DNA of 64,000 bases from assembly GCF_006345805.1 (NCBI RefSeq), contig NC_043003.1:58032001-58096000 (forward strand), written 5' to 3'. Of this stretch, positions 51,601 through 64,000 are shown piece after piece. The notes beneath the pieces were generated by a model. That model did not search any database. It saw nothing but the letters and a program-made list of their open reading frames with translations, and was not told where the DNA came from. The translations under genes were made by a program, and so were the position numbers. The DNA comes from Octopus sinensis (Eukaryota). Each line of letters opens with the position of its first letter. The stretch's first letter is position 1.

Positions 51601-52264
51601 CATCATAGATAAAATAATTGGTGTAAATTAGTCATCTGGCACCACCATCACCACCCTCATTTAACACCTCCCTGGTACTTTTTTCACTACCCCTTCCCAT
51701 TCCTTTCCCCTACATTGACTCTCTCTCTTTCTCTCTCTCTCTCTCTGTCCTCTTGTCCCCTCATAATGACCTCGTCTTCCTTAATAAGTTACATCATCAA
51801 GCTTATATAAACACACACCTAATATGACCACTTCGTTATTGACTGCACCAAACTACACACCTCCGCTCTCCTCTTACCACACCCCGCACCTTCCTCACAT
51901 CACACCTGGGCTTTCTTTGTTTTTGTTTTTATATTTTTTCTTTGTTATTTCACTGTTTTCCTTTATACCTAATTCTTTCTCCTCACACCACTCCCATTTT
52001 TTCTCACCTGGAAATCTTTCATATATGCTTCACCACCACAGCCATTACCACAAGTTACCATAGCAACAACCATCCACACCCCTCCCTATCTGTTACTATC
52101 TCCACCACACTATCAACAGCACTATATCCATACTATAGCATCACCACTGCCATGCTACATCATTCATCTAGCACCACTGCCACCATTACCACCAGTTTAG
52201 GAGAAACCACCACCTCTGGATGTACTTTCACCACAGCTATCAAATGAGTTATACAGACATGAGA

Positions 52265-52420
52265 GAAATAGCAGCCAAATCTCCCTGAGGTCGCACCTCA
52301 CCTCTATCATCCTAAATAGAAAAGGATATGTTAGAAAGGGGACTAAATATGAACTGATAACATCTGGAAAGTCTTTGATCATTGTCCAGCTCAGTCAGAG
52401 CTGACCTTGGGATGAACAAC
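52265..52420. repeat. Unclassified dispersed repeat (family E)
   Basis: The GAAATAGCAGCCAAATCTCCC motif recurs on either strand near 9385, 9910, 28740, 32175 and 38275. Confidence 0.6.
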
Positions 52421-53209
52421 AGCAGCCAGTGCTAGTTACATATCCAGCTGACTGCCTTATGTGTGTGTATGTGTGTGTGTGTGTGTTTGTTCCTCTTTTC
52501 CCTTGTATTTATCATGTAAATATTGGTATATCATTATTTCGCTATAAATGTGTATATATTGCCAGTCAGCCTCACTACAACCTGTTTGGTGAGCTGGTCT
52601 CATTTACAGGTGTGAGTGTGTGTGTGTCTGTGTGTATGTGTGTGTCAATTCTTAATAATCCTTAACAGACATTAAATGATGATGATGGTGATGATGCCTT
52701 CCACACACATGCAAACGAACACACATTTACCTCAGTTCCATACATGCCCACAGTTGACCTTCCTATAGTCTGTAAGGTGGTGTGCCGGCTCAAATGTGTG
52801 TATATATGTATATTATATATACACACACAGACACATATATGTCTGTATAATATATATAGTTACTGGTCCAGCTAATGTTGACTATGTCTGAGTTGACATT
52901 TAAAATCTTACCTATTTAAAATTTTAGCTGATGATGGTGGATTATATATTTATGATGTAATCTTTTATAACTGCCTTAAACAAATAAAATTCTACCAAAA
53001 CGGTTGGCATAAATTTTAAACATCATCCAAGTTTACTACACACACACACACACACATCATACTATATCCCAAAACAGGCTTTTCTCATGTGGGCCAGAAA
53101 AATACTTAATCATCCATCAACTGTACATTTACTCTCTTCACAAAACTCTGGTATGATACACAAAGGCATATTTCTCGCACCCTAGGGATAGTGTTGCAGC
53201 TATACTTAC

Positions 53210-53254
53210 AGGTATCCTGGTCAGCTTTCACAAGAAAAATTGCCACTTGAGTAA
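53210..53254 (-). CDS. Candidate 45-nt symmetric (phase 1-1) exon, unknown protein
   Basis: Acceptor actttattctag, perfect donor GTAAGT, only one open frame: (x)TQVAIFLVKADQDT(x); lies in non-repetitive sequence. Confidence 0.35.
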
Positions 53255-53454
53255 CTAGAATAAAGTTCCTACCAAACCAAGCAAAACATCAGACTGAGCA
53301 AGAGCTTGAAGGCCAAAACTTCAGAGTCATTGTTACCCCTCTTCTTGTTAAGGCATAAGTGTTTACTCTGCAAAAAGCATATTCAATAATTCTTCAGTCT
53401 ATCTTAGATTGTTTTTATTATAACTTGACATAAAAACAAACATTAACTTACTGT

Positions 53455-53790
53455 GTAAGCTTGCTTTAAGATGGCAAGCTGGCTTCAAGATGGCAAGCTG
53501 GTTTTTAATATGGCAAGCTGACTTTAATATGGCAAGATGGTTTTAAGATAGCAAGCTGACTTTAATATGGCAAGATGGTTTTAAGATAGCGAGCTGGTTT
53601 TAATATGGCAAGCTGGCTTTAAGATGGCAAGCTGGCTTTAAGATGGCAAGCTGGTTTTTTAATATGGCAAGCTGACTTTAATATGGCAAGCTGGTTTTAA
53701 GATAGCAAGCTGGCTTTAATATGGCAAGCTGGTATTAATATTGGCAAGCTGGCTTCAATATGGCAAGCTGTCTTTAAGATGGCAAGCTGG
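53455..53790 (+). repeat. 19-bp minisatellite (TTTAA[G/T]ATGGCAAGCTGGC)n, about 17 copies
   Basis: Counted by eye; the last unit runs directly into a family B SINE. Confidence 0.95.
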
Positions 53791-53990
53791 CAGAATCATC
53801 AGTGCGTCAGACAAAATGCTTAGCATTTCTTCCAGCCCTGTATGTTCTGAGGTCAATTTTGTCATTCTTCCTTTTGGGGTCAATAAAATAAATTACCAGC
53901 CAAGTACTAGAGTTGATGTAATCGGCCTGCCACCCCCACCTTACCCCACCCCCTTCTCAAAATTGTTGATCTTGTGTCAAAATTTGAAAC
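53776..53990 (+). mobile_element. Family B SINE, decayed
   Basis: GGCAAGCTGGCAGAATCATCAG head and a degenerate Deu/Nin core. Confidence 0.8.
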
Positions 53991-54619
53991 TCTTTGGTGA
54001 GCTGGCTTGGATATCTGTACATAGCCTGCATGAGTTCTGTAATTTACCTCTAGTCAACTTCACGACCACCTGTTAGACACATGAAGTGATCAGGATATCA
54101 GTTCTCTTTCTCCCTCTCTCCCTCTCTTCCTCCCTCCCTCTCTAAATATCTATATATATGTCTGTGTGTATGTATGTATGTATGTATGTATACCCGTACT
54201 ACTTCCCAATTTTGTGTATAACCTGCTGTTTTTTGGTACACACTGTAGCTTCAACTGTCCCAGCTAAGACAGGACACAGTTGTAGGTGGTAGGGTAAAGT
54301 AAACAATGTTGGTGGTGATGATGATGATGATGATAGTGGTGGTGGTGGTGACGGTGGTAGCATGTTTGCTAATGTGTGTGCATAAACAAGGAGAGAAACA
54401 GAAAGACAGACAGTGAGTGTATGTGTGTGTGTGTTTAATGTAATGTATCTTTTTGTGTGGATACTTGGATTGTGGCTTTTATTCACCCTCTCTGTATATT
54501 TTGTGTGTATATCTTGTGTATATAATTGTGTGTGTATATATTTTGTGTTTATATGCCAGTATTTACGCATCGTGTGTACTTATGTAATATTTGCAGTCCT
54601 CCATGTTTATTTCTTTTGT

Positions 54620-55012
54620 TCCTTTACTTGTTTCAGTCATTTGACTGTAGCCATGCTGGAGCACCACCTTTAGTCGAGCAAATTGCCCCCAGGATTTATA
54701 CTTTGTAAATCCAGTACTTATTCTATCGGTCTCCTTTTTTCTGAACTGCTAGGTTACAGGGATGTAAACACACCAACACCGGTTGTCAAGCAGTGATGGG
54801 AGGACAAACACAGACACACATATACAACGGGCTTCTTTCAGTTTCCGTCTACCAAATCCACTCGTAAGGCTTTGGTCAGCCCGAGACTATAATGGAAGAC
54901 ATGTGCCCAAGGTGCCATGCAGTGGGACTGAACCCAGAACCATAAGAAATAGCTTACCTTTATGTTCTTATGTTTAAAAACTTTGTTGAACAACACATGC
55001 AAAGCAGCTTCT

Positions 55013-55076
<64 letters not shown>

Positions 55077-55745
55077 CTGTATGTTATATTTTAATAATTA
55101 CTGGTATCTTTATATATTAATATATTTTATATGTAAAGCATAATATGTTATACATCTATGTATATTCTTGTAATTGTCATTTTAGTAAATAAATAAATAA
55201 GTTGACATAATATAATGTCTAAAAGTTGATGAATACCACCTATTGAACCCCTCCATTTTCTTATTGCTCTATATATGCATGTATATATTCTTTTACTGTG
55301 TATATATTCTTTGACTGCAGCCATGCTGGAGCACTGCATAAAAGGGTATTTTAGGGAAAGAAATCATTCCTGGGACTTATTTTTGTAAACGTAGTACTTA
55401 GTTTTATCACCCTCTTTGGCCAAGCTGCTAAGTTACAGGGACATAAATACACCAACGTCACTTGTCAAGCGATGGTGGGGAGACAAACACAGACACAAAG
55501 ACACATTTGAACAAATACACACATACACACCACACACACACACACACATATATATATATACACACATGCACATACACACATACATATATATATATTTACA
55601 CAACAGGCTTCTTACAGTTTCCACCTACCAAATCCACTCATAAGGCTTTGGCAGAAGACGCTTGCCTAAGATGCCACGCAGTGAGACTGAACCTGGAACC
55701 ATGTGGTTAGGAAGCAAGCTTCTTACCACATAGCCACGCCTGTGC
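54620..55745 (-). mobile_element. Two family A SINEs (54620-54945, 55300-55745)
   Basis: Both match the consensus. Confidence 0.85.
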
Positions 55746-55805
55746 CTCTACATACGTGTGTGTGTGTGTGTGTATATATATGAATATATTTATAACCACA
55801 TATAC

Positions 55806-55842
<37 letters not shown>

Positions 55843-56149
55843 AAAGACAAAGAGACAGCAACACAGATGGACAGACAGAGAAGGGTGGGGGGAAAAAAAA
55901 ACAAAGTGTTATAAAACCCTGCAAAAAAAAACTGCCCATGTTGCAGCATCTATACGCACCTCCTACTGGTAAACATTTGCCAAAGAGCACAGAAGCGTAC
56001 AGACCTTTAGGTGGGTGTATATGTTGATATACTCCCCAGTTTGCTGTGTGTTTGTTGGGGGGACATTATTTTTCTCTAATTAAATAATGTTTATCTTACT
56101 TGCATGCCAGAAAAGCACACAGGAAGGGGGACTCCCTCTACTTGTGTGT

Positions 56150-56195
<46 letters not shown>

Positions 56196-57242
56196 TGTGA
56201 GTGAGTGTGTGATCGCATGTTAGTTTTGATGTGTGTGTGTGTGTGTGTGTTTGTGTATGCATGCGATTGTATATTAACTTTGGTGTGCGCATGTGTGTTT
56301 GTGATTGTATGTGTGCGTGTAATCGTATGTTACTTTTAGTGTGTGTGTGTGCATGCATGTGTGTGTAGCCTATGTATATGTACATATATATCTACATGAG
56401 TGTGTGTGTGTGAAGCCTATGTACATGTACATATATGCATATCTACATGAGTGTGTGTGTATGTGTGTGTGTGTGTATTTCATTGTATAATAGTTTTGGT
56501 ATATTTGTCTGTGTGTATATGTATTTATATGTGTGTGTGTTTGTATGTACTTGTGTGTGTGCATGTGTGTGTATGTGAGAGTCTTTCCATGTTTGATATC
56601 TATTTGTTACCAATTATTGCAGAAATTCGATGAGGTGCAATGGCATGAAAGGGGGAGGTAACTCTTAATGTATATAGTGTGTGTGTGGTGTGTGTGTCTG
56701 TCTGTTGGGTGGGGTGCGGTTTCCCATATTCTCTCTCTCCCACCACCATTTGTTCACTTTTGAAGGTGATATTAGTTCCCACTTCACATCACCACCACCA
56801 ACTCCACCTCAACTGTTTCTCCATTTCATATTTTATGTATTTTTATGCAATTTCCCAGATGTCTAGAAAACAACAAGAGACTATACACACACCCACCCAC
56901 CCCACACACACACACGTGCTGGTGTGGCTTTGTGGTAAGACATTTGCTTTCCAACCACATGGTTCCTGGTTCAGTCACACTGCGTGGCACCTTGAGCAAA
57001 TATTTTCAGGCCATCTAATGCTTTGCTGATGTGGTTCACACAAACTGACAGAAGCTCAGATTTGTGTGTGTGGTGTGTGTGTGTGTGTGTGTGCGTGTTT
57101 CTTTCTTTGTCATGAATCGTTTGATAGTTGTAAATGAGCGTCACTGTCATACTAGCAGCTTCCTTTGTTTCCAAATTTCTGTGTTTAACTTTTTTCTCGG
57201 ACATTTATAATGTGTCTAGGACCTAGAGGCAGTGGTGAATGC

Positions 57243-57248
<6 letters not shown>

Positions 57249-57321
<73 letters not shown>

Positions 57322-57710
57322 GGCTAGGTCCCAACCCAGGCTGCAGCAACAAAGTCCACCTGCTGACACTTGTCGGTTCGTCATCACTGCCTCAATGTCC
57401 TGGATTCATTCCAGGCCAGTGTCTGCAATCAGGTTGCTCATGTATGATGTTTTCCTCTTCTTGCATCATCATAAAGGTGGATTCCACAAGGCTAATTTGG
57501 ATGCTTCCAGTTCAGGGTGGCACATGGCAGTGACCAGATAGTTGTAGCCATCTTTGCCTCATTCTCTCGTTAACTTTCGGCAGGTTTCCATAAAGGCATT
57601 CATTTGTCATATGTTGCTGCCATTTCACACATTTATTGTTCGTAATATTATATATTTGCCTGTGATCAGGTTACAGTTTTGAATGACCATTCTTTGGACG
57701 CCGTATTACA
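57249..57710 (-). mobile_element. RTE-X-like LINE 3' end with a (TAA)n tail
   Basis: Minus translation WQQHMTNECLYGNLPKVNERMRQRWLQLSGHC..HPELEASKLALWNP..YMSNLIADTGL matches the RTE-X C-terminal pattern; stops and frameshifts present. Confidence 0.8.
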
Positions 57711-57900
57711 ATCAGTAAATGTTTAAGTAAAATTAACAGTCTTCGTTTTGTGTGTTTCTGAACAGTTAACATGTGTCTTTCATGTTTCAACTGTGGTAAC
57801 ATTTTTTAGTTCCTCCCAAACTAATTTCTTCACAAAATACTTTCACATACTAATGTTTATCCTCAGTTAATGCAATCATCTGTTTTGAGTTGTTCTAAGA

Positions 57901-58203
57901 CACTGGTTCCCAAACATTTTCAGGTTGCTGCTCCTTTGGAACCCAGAGCATATTCCTAGTGCTCCCACCCCACTCACCACCACAAAACAAAAACCATTTT
58001 CATCATCAAATTCAAAATGACTGCATTTCACAAGTTAAACTCAACCTAATCAATCCACTATTTGAGAGTTTTTTTACATTCTTCACTCCCTTTTGGCCAC
58101 CCTATTTTCACCCCCACTTTTCTTCAGCACCCCCTGGATCTTTCAACTCCCCACCCCTCCAGAGGGACAGTACCACCCACTTTGAGAACTGCTGTAACCA
58201 CTG
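57901..58203. mobile_element. hAT/Charlie-type MITE
   Basis: CACTGGTTCCCAAAC ... AACCACTG ends; 8-bp TSD TTCTAAGA / TTCTATGA. Confidence 0.8.
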
Positions 58204-58652
58204 TTCTATGATAATAAAACTTGAAATCAGAAATACATTCCTGGTCCATCTGGCTATAGCAGTAAAGTTGTGTTTGGTGGAATAGAAATCATTTTAGTAG
58301 ATACACATGTCTGGTGGTAATCATGATTTGAAATATAGCCAGAAGCAATGTCTAAGATCTCAAGTGCCTTGGGCTTGAAACTATTCTTCTCACAATAACA
58401 TCTGACAGCAGGCCAAAATTATTCATCGAACTGTTCAGTAAATAAATCCTGTGTAACCCAAACTTTTCTTCTGGATTTTAATATAACAGACTTTTTTTTT
58501 AGATGCCTTTCAATGTACCAGAATGATAAACAAGCCATGTGTTAAGATTTAAGTTTCCAATGACTATTTCCGGCTAACTACAATGTGAGGTGATTTTCCT
58601 TGTGGCTTTACACCCTGGTACTTTTTCTCCCCCACCCCCACCTTTTTTTCTC

Positions 58653-58859
58653 CCCTTTCAATACCAACCCACCTGAAACCACTTCTGGCTCTGCAGTACA
58701 AATGTCGTGTTTTCAAAATTTCCACCAAACCATAATCACAATTTATGTTCTTAACACTAGCTTAATGACAACTAAGTTATTTTAATGAATTCTTTGTTAT
58801 ATTTAAAATTAATTGAAAGAAACACAGAGCATTTCAACAGAAATATGGTAGCAAAAGGG
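58653..58859. mobile_element. piggyBac-type MITE, decayed
   Basis: CCCTTTCAATACC / GGTAGCAAAAGGG termini (10/13); the TTAA TSD is eroded. Confidence 0.45.
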
Positions 58860-58924
58860 TTCAAATATATAATAGAGAAACAATTCTTCACCCTTTTGAT
58901 ACCACTCTGACTACCAACTGTTTC

Positions 58925-59720
58925 TGGCTCTGTAGTTGGCGTTGGAGCCTGGTGCAGCCATCTGGCTCACCAGTCCTCAGTCAAACCATCCAAGCCATAC
59001 CAGCACGGAAAGCGGACGTTAAACGATGATGAGGATGATTATGATGATGATGAATGCCTTTTGCTAGATAATGGCTTGGGTGAGGTTGTTAACAATTACA
59101 TCAATCACCAAAACACTTAACATTCACTCCATAATTACCATTATTTCACTATGTATGTTAGTTTAAGTGAAGACACATGGCCTGGTGGTTAGGGAGTTGC
59201 ACTCCTGTTTGCAAGTCATAGCTTCTATTCCTGGAGTGGCAGTGTGATGTGTTCTTAAGCAAAACACTTCATTTCACATTGCTCCAATCCACTCAGCTTT
59301 AAGTACATGTCCCTGTGACGGACTGGAGTTCTGTTCAAGAGAATGCAATGATTTTGGTCATTTATATGCCACAGACACTTGGTAAGCAGCAGTCCGAGTC
59401 CTATGATTCGAGACAGTAATATACACTATCATCATCATCATCATCATCATTTAACATCCGTTTTCCCTACTGGCATTTGTTATAGGGTTTGACTGGAAAT
59501 GGCAAGGCCAAGTGCAGCTCTAGGTTCTATAGTCTGCTTTGGTATGGTCCATGTAGCTGGATGCCCTTCCCAACATCAGCCATATTACAGAGTGTACTGG
59601 ATACTTTTTATGCGACACCATCACCAGTGCTTTTTACGTGGCATCATCACCACCAGGCATTTTACATAACACCAGCACCAGTGCTTTCTTTGTGTGGCAC
59701 CAGCACTAAGACAGTATTCA
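58925..59720. mobile_element. SINE cluster: D tail (+), CORE/V-like SINE (+, 59170-59400), D (-, 59430-59720)
   Basis: Motifs match the families above. Confidence 0.7.
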
Positions 59721-60217
59721 AGATGTCAATATCCTAAGTTTGTCGATAAAGATCTATGTTAGTTGAGAAGTGTTACTCATGCTTGAATTTTACACGGCAA
59801 CTTTTACTTTGTCAGATGGCTTCATAATGGTTTTTTAATGTGACAGCACCAACTCTTAATGACTCTACAACAACACTTTCCCTTTCTCCTCCTCTTATTC
59901 TTTCCATAATCCTTAGATCATTATCTAATGACATTACTTAACACTTACATGACAACATAACATGATGGATAAAAAGAAAACGGAATTTTTGTTTTTAAAT
60001 TACTGTAGTGTAATTAAGAAATTATAAAATTGCTTTACAAGTGGTTAATGGTGTAGCATGAACAGACACTCCAGAATGCAAAGCAAATCAAGGCCGAGCG
60101 ATTGGCTGACTGACTGCTTCCTTTTGTGTGTGTTAATAAAGCAACAAAATGGTTACTCTTAAGGAAATTCAAATTTAAGAATGATTTCTGATATTAAACT
60201 AATGTTTAAGACAGTGA

Positions 60218-60430
60218 GTTGGCAAAATCATTTGCATGCTGGGCAAAATACTTAAGGAGCATTTCTGCCAGTTCTTTATGTTCTGAGTTTGAATTCTGCC
60301 AGGGTCAACTTTGCCTTTTATCCTTTCAGGATCGGTAAAAATAAGTACCTGTTGCACACTGGGGTTGATGTAATCGACTTAGTCCCTACCAACCGAACAT
60401 ACCAGCCCGTACCACAGTTTAAAACAAATA
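60218..60430 (+). mobile_element. Family B SINE
   Basis: Deu/Nin core CTTTGCCTTTTATCCTTTCAGGATCGGTAAAAATAAGTACC. Confidence 0.8.
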
Positions 60431-60881
60431 TTTTGCTTTGTTATATTATAAGCCATCACTCAGAGAGTAAATGAAAAATGAGGCCCTGGTGAGCATGTGA
60501 CCAAGAGTGTGTGTGATAACAGGCATACATGCAGTATGTTTACACACATGCATGGGGCAGTATATGTGCAGACTAATTATATACATACATATATACCTTC
60601 CATACACACGTGTGTGTTTGTGTGTTTGGATGCATATTCATTCATAAGTTTAATGTCTGTCTTCTTAATGCTTCCATAGGTCGGAGTGATATGTCATTTG
60701 AAGCATTCTTTTACAGTAGGGTGCACTTGCTGATGCTAACCCTTATGTTTTTTTGGCAACTAAGTGATCACTAACTCCACACAGCTTTGAAGAGATGAAA
60801 TGTTGGACAATTTATTGACAGGAGAAACTGACAATTCCATCCATATACTGCACTTTTGCTGTAGTAACTGAAGGTCTAGAC

Positions 60882-61138
60882 TAATGGCTTTCAACTAGGG
60901 GTTATATGGCCCTTGGGTGGGGTCCATATAAGATTTTGTCCTTAAAATTCATCTGCCATAAATTCATTATACTTCCACAATACGTAAAATATTTAAACAA
61001 TTTTTTTTAGACAATCCCTAATTATATTTAATTATAAAAATTTTATATGGTTTTCAAAATTCAAATGGTCAGCAGGGTCCATCCAAGTAAAATAGGGACC
61101 AAAAAGGTCCACAAGTAAAAAATGGTTGAGAAGCACAG
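60882..61138. mobile_element. hAT/Charlie-type MITE
   Basis: TAATGGCTTTCAAC / GTTGAGAAGCACAG ends; 8-bp TSD GTCTAGAC / GTCTAAAC. Confidence 0.8.
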
Positions 61139-61180
61139 GTCTAAACAAACATACATGCAAATGCATGCTTGCATACATGC

Positions 61181-61220
<40 letters not shown>

Positions 61221-61254
61221 TTTGGTATATATATATATATATATATGTATACAT

Positions 61255-61859
61255 CATCATCATCGTTATTTAATTTTAATGTCCGCTTTCTATGCTGGCA
61301 TGGGTTGGACGGTTTGACTGAAAACTGGTAAGCCAGGGACTGCAGCAGGTTCCAATCTGATTTGGCAAGGTTTCTACAGCTGGTTGGCCTTCCTAACACC
61401 AACCACTCCGAGAGTGTAGTGGGTACTTTTTATGTGTCACCGGCACAGGTGCCATTGACATGACACCAGCATCGGTCATGGTTGCGGTCTCACTTGGTTT
61501 GACAGGTCAACACAAGCATGGTGTATTGCCAAGGGTTGTGGTCACTTATCACAGCCACAACTATGATTTCACTCATTTCAGCAGGCCTTCACAAGCACAT
61601 CATATTGTTTGGCATGCTCTCAACACATGAAACTAATAGTAGCACATGAAAACATATATTGTGTTTATTACATAATATTTATCTCTGACCAGCTGGCGCA
61701 CACTACGCCTTTCAGTTTCTGTTTAGGAAATCCCCTCACAGGGCTTTGATTGGCCCAGGGCTGCTGTAGTAGTAAAAGATACTTGCCTCAGGTGCTGCAC
61801 TGTGGAAGTGAACCGAAAATCACGTGGTTGGTCAGAGTATTTTGCAACCACACAGCCAT

Positions 61860-61862
<3 letters not shown>
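61255..61862 (-). mobile_element. Family D SINE (61255-61620) and a family A head (61700-61862)
   Basis: Match consensus segments. Confidence 0.75.
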
Positions 61863-61891
<29 letters not shown>

Positions 61892-62029
61892 TTTATGCTT
61901 ATATTGATTTATTTATATTTATGAATGTATGTAGAACTATTGTGTTCTTTCTTGGAGGTGAACTTTACAAAATTCAATTTAATTTTTCTTGCTCATACAT
62001 AATACACTCATACACACACATTTTATAAC

Positions 62030-62580
62030 TATTGATGTATGTATATGTATATATGTATATATATTTATATAATTATTTTTATATATTATTTATATAATAT
62101 GTGTGTGTGGATACATGTATATGTATATATGCAATATATATATATATATATATATATTTGTATAGATGTATATGTACATATATATTATATATTTTTTTTA
62201 TTATATATATGTCTGTGTATGTATATGTAATATATATATGTGTATACCTGTATATGTTTATATATGGGTATACATGTATATGTGTATATATACATATATA
62301 CAATATATATGTGTATATGTATATATATATCTATGTGTATATCTATGTATATTATCATTTTATATATGTGTGCTGTGTGTGTATAGATACATATATATAT
62401 TATGTATGAATGTATATATATGTAGGTACATATATATATGTATATATATGTATGTATACATATATATATATATAATATATATATGTATGTATACATATAT
62501 AATTATATATATATATACATATATGTATAATATTATATATTATATTATATACATATATATATGTATATATATTGGTGAAT
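62030..62580. repeat. (TA)/(TG) compound microsatellite block
   Basis: Directly visible; source of Y/I/C/V-rich spurious ORFs. Confidence 0.95.
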
Positions 62581-62967
62581 TTTATCACAGCTGCAATTGC
62601 TTTTACACTTCTAAGTGTGTGTGTGAGAGAGAGAGAGAGAAAGGTGAAGGTAATTTAATCTTTTATCTTCATTCATATGCAGTGTTCATTTAGTATTGTC
62701 TATTTTGTACACATTTCCGATTCTTAAAATCTTCAGAACCATTCTTTGATTGTTTCTACCCCCTGGAATGTTTTATTAGAAAATCTAGATGCACTGATGC
62801 CTCCTACTGGTATATTAACACAAGCATGCACACTCATATACACATATGCATATATACACCCCCATACACAATTTCATGCCTATATATAAACATGGAAATT
62901 CCACGGAAAATATACATATACACATACACGCTTCTGCATTTGCACACAACCTTATGTATCTGATTTG

Positions 62968-62998
<31 letters not shown>

Positions 62999-63123
62999 CT
63001 CTTCCTCCTCCTCCTCCTCCTCTTTATCTGTGTGCTTATATATATGTGTGTGTGTGTGTGTGTGTGCTGGTGGGTAAGTATATATTAATGCATACATGTA
63101 TGTTGTGAGTATATGTGTATATA

Positions 63124-63182
<59 letters not shown>

Positions 63183-63318
63183 CAAAATAGAGAATGGAGA
63201 AACATACTTAAATCAATAAAACATCAACTATCCGATGATACCCAATCAATCTGGCAGTATATTGGATATATATTATCCCATGGTGGGTTGAATTTTCAAC
63301 CCCTATCTCATTTTATAA

Positions 63319-63375
<57 letters not shown>

Positions 63376-63791
63376 CGCACACATAAATATACACAGATAT
63401 ATTTGTATATGTATATATATACACATGTATATGTGTAGTATATTTGCATATATGTGTGTATATATGCATATACTGCATATACATGCAAAATATATCTTTA
63501 TATGCATCTAGATATAAATATACACATACATAAACAAATCTCTTTGCATATGTTTGAAAATACGTGGGTGTGTGTGTGTGTGTGTGCGTTTGTGTGTGTG
63601 TGCATTCGTGTGTGTGTGTGCGCGTTCGTGTGTGTGTGTGTGTGTGCGTTCGTGTGAGTGCGCGTTCGTGTGTGTGTGTGTGCTCTCGAGTCTCTGCTTC
63701 TCATTGCTTACACATACACTCATACAATCATATATGATACTCATATATTAAACACACAGCCTGCTAATTTATACACTTCTGTAATAAGCAC

Positions 63792-63842
<51 letters not shown>

Positions 63843-64000
63843 AAAAGTGACTTTAACTCGTGGCCTTAAAGTAATTTGAATAAACCTTCCACCCCCACCC
63901 CCGACACTTGCTATTCTTGTGACCCGTCTTTATTATTTAACGTAGTTTGAATTTACTCATTCCTTAACTCTGGAGTACTATGGAAATTGGAATTGGTGAT

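Noticed and set aside
52302-52311. 10-nt minus-strand microexon with strong splice signals
   Set aside because: It lies within dispersed repeat family E, so the signals are probably coincidental.
53455-53790. CRISPR-like array
   Set aside because: The units are contiguous with no unique spacers, there are no cas genes, and the context is eukaryotic; it is a minisatellite.

Overview
This is AT-rich, microsatellite-saturated animal genomic DNA, not prokaryotic. The SINE repertoire and very high SSR load resemble what I recall of octopus/coleoid cephalopod genomes; that assignment is an inference, not a database result. Most of the window is (CA/TA/GA/ATT/CAT)n simple sequence plus dozens of tRNA-derived SINE copies in several modular families: a CORE-like family with an internal microsatellite, Deu/Nin-domain, Meta-like and V-like. 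It also holds hAT/Charlie, pogo-type and piggyBac-type MITEs, a Helentron/HINE-like element, an internally deleted mariner and two decayed RTE-clade LINE 3' ends. No intact, nameable protein-coding gene can be supported. Almost all ORFs in the supplied track are translations of microsatellites, and only a few short candidate exons with plausible splice signals exist. The leads most worth a second look are: (1) a pre-miRNA-shaped hairpin at 21625-21691; (2) a minimal type I hammerhead-like motif with a variant core at 18684-18721, inside a repeat-poor 2 kb block; (3) a dense cluster of K50-homeodomain (Otx/Pitx-type) sites at 40237-40348; (4) three spaced GNRA-capped hairpins at 30706-30880; (5) a 19-bp minisatellite built from a SINE 5' end at 53455-53790; (6) SINE fold-backs that could form dsRNA editing substrates; and (7) a CpG-rich promoter-like region near 44700-44960. 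I found no CRISPR, rRNA or bona fide tRNA genes.
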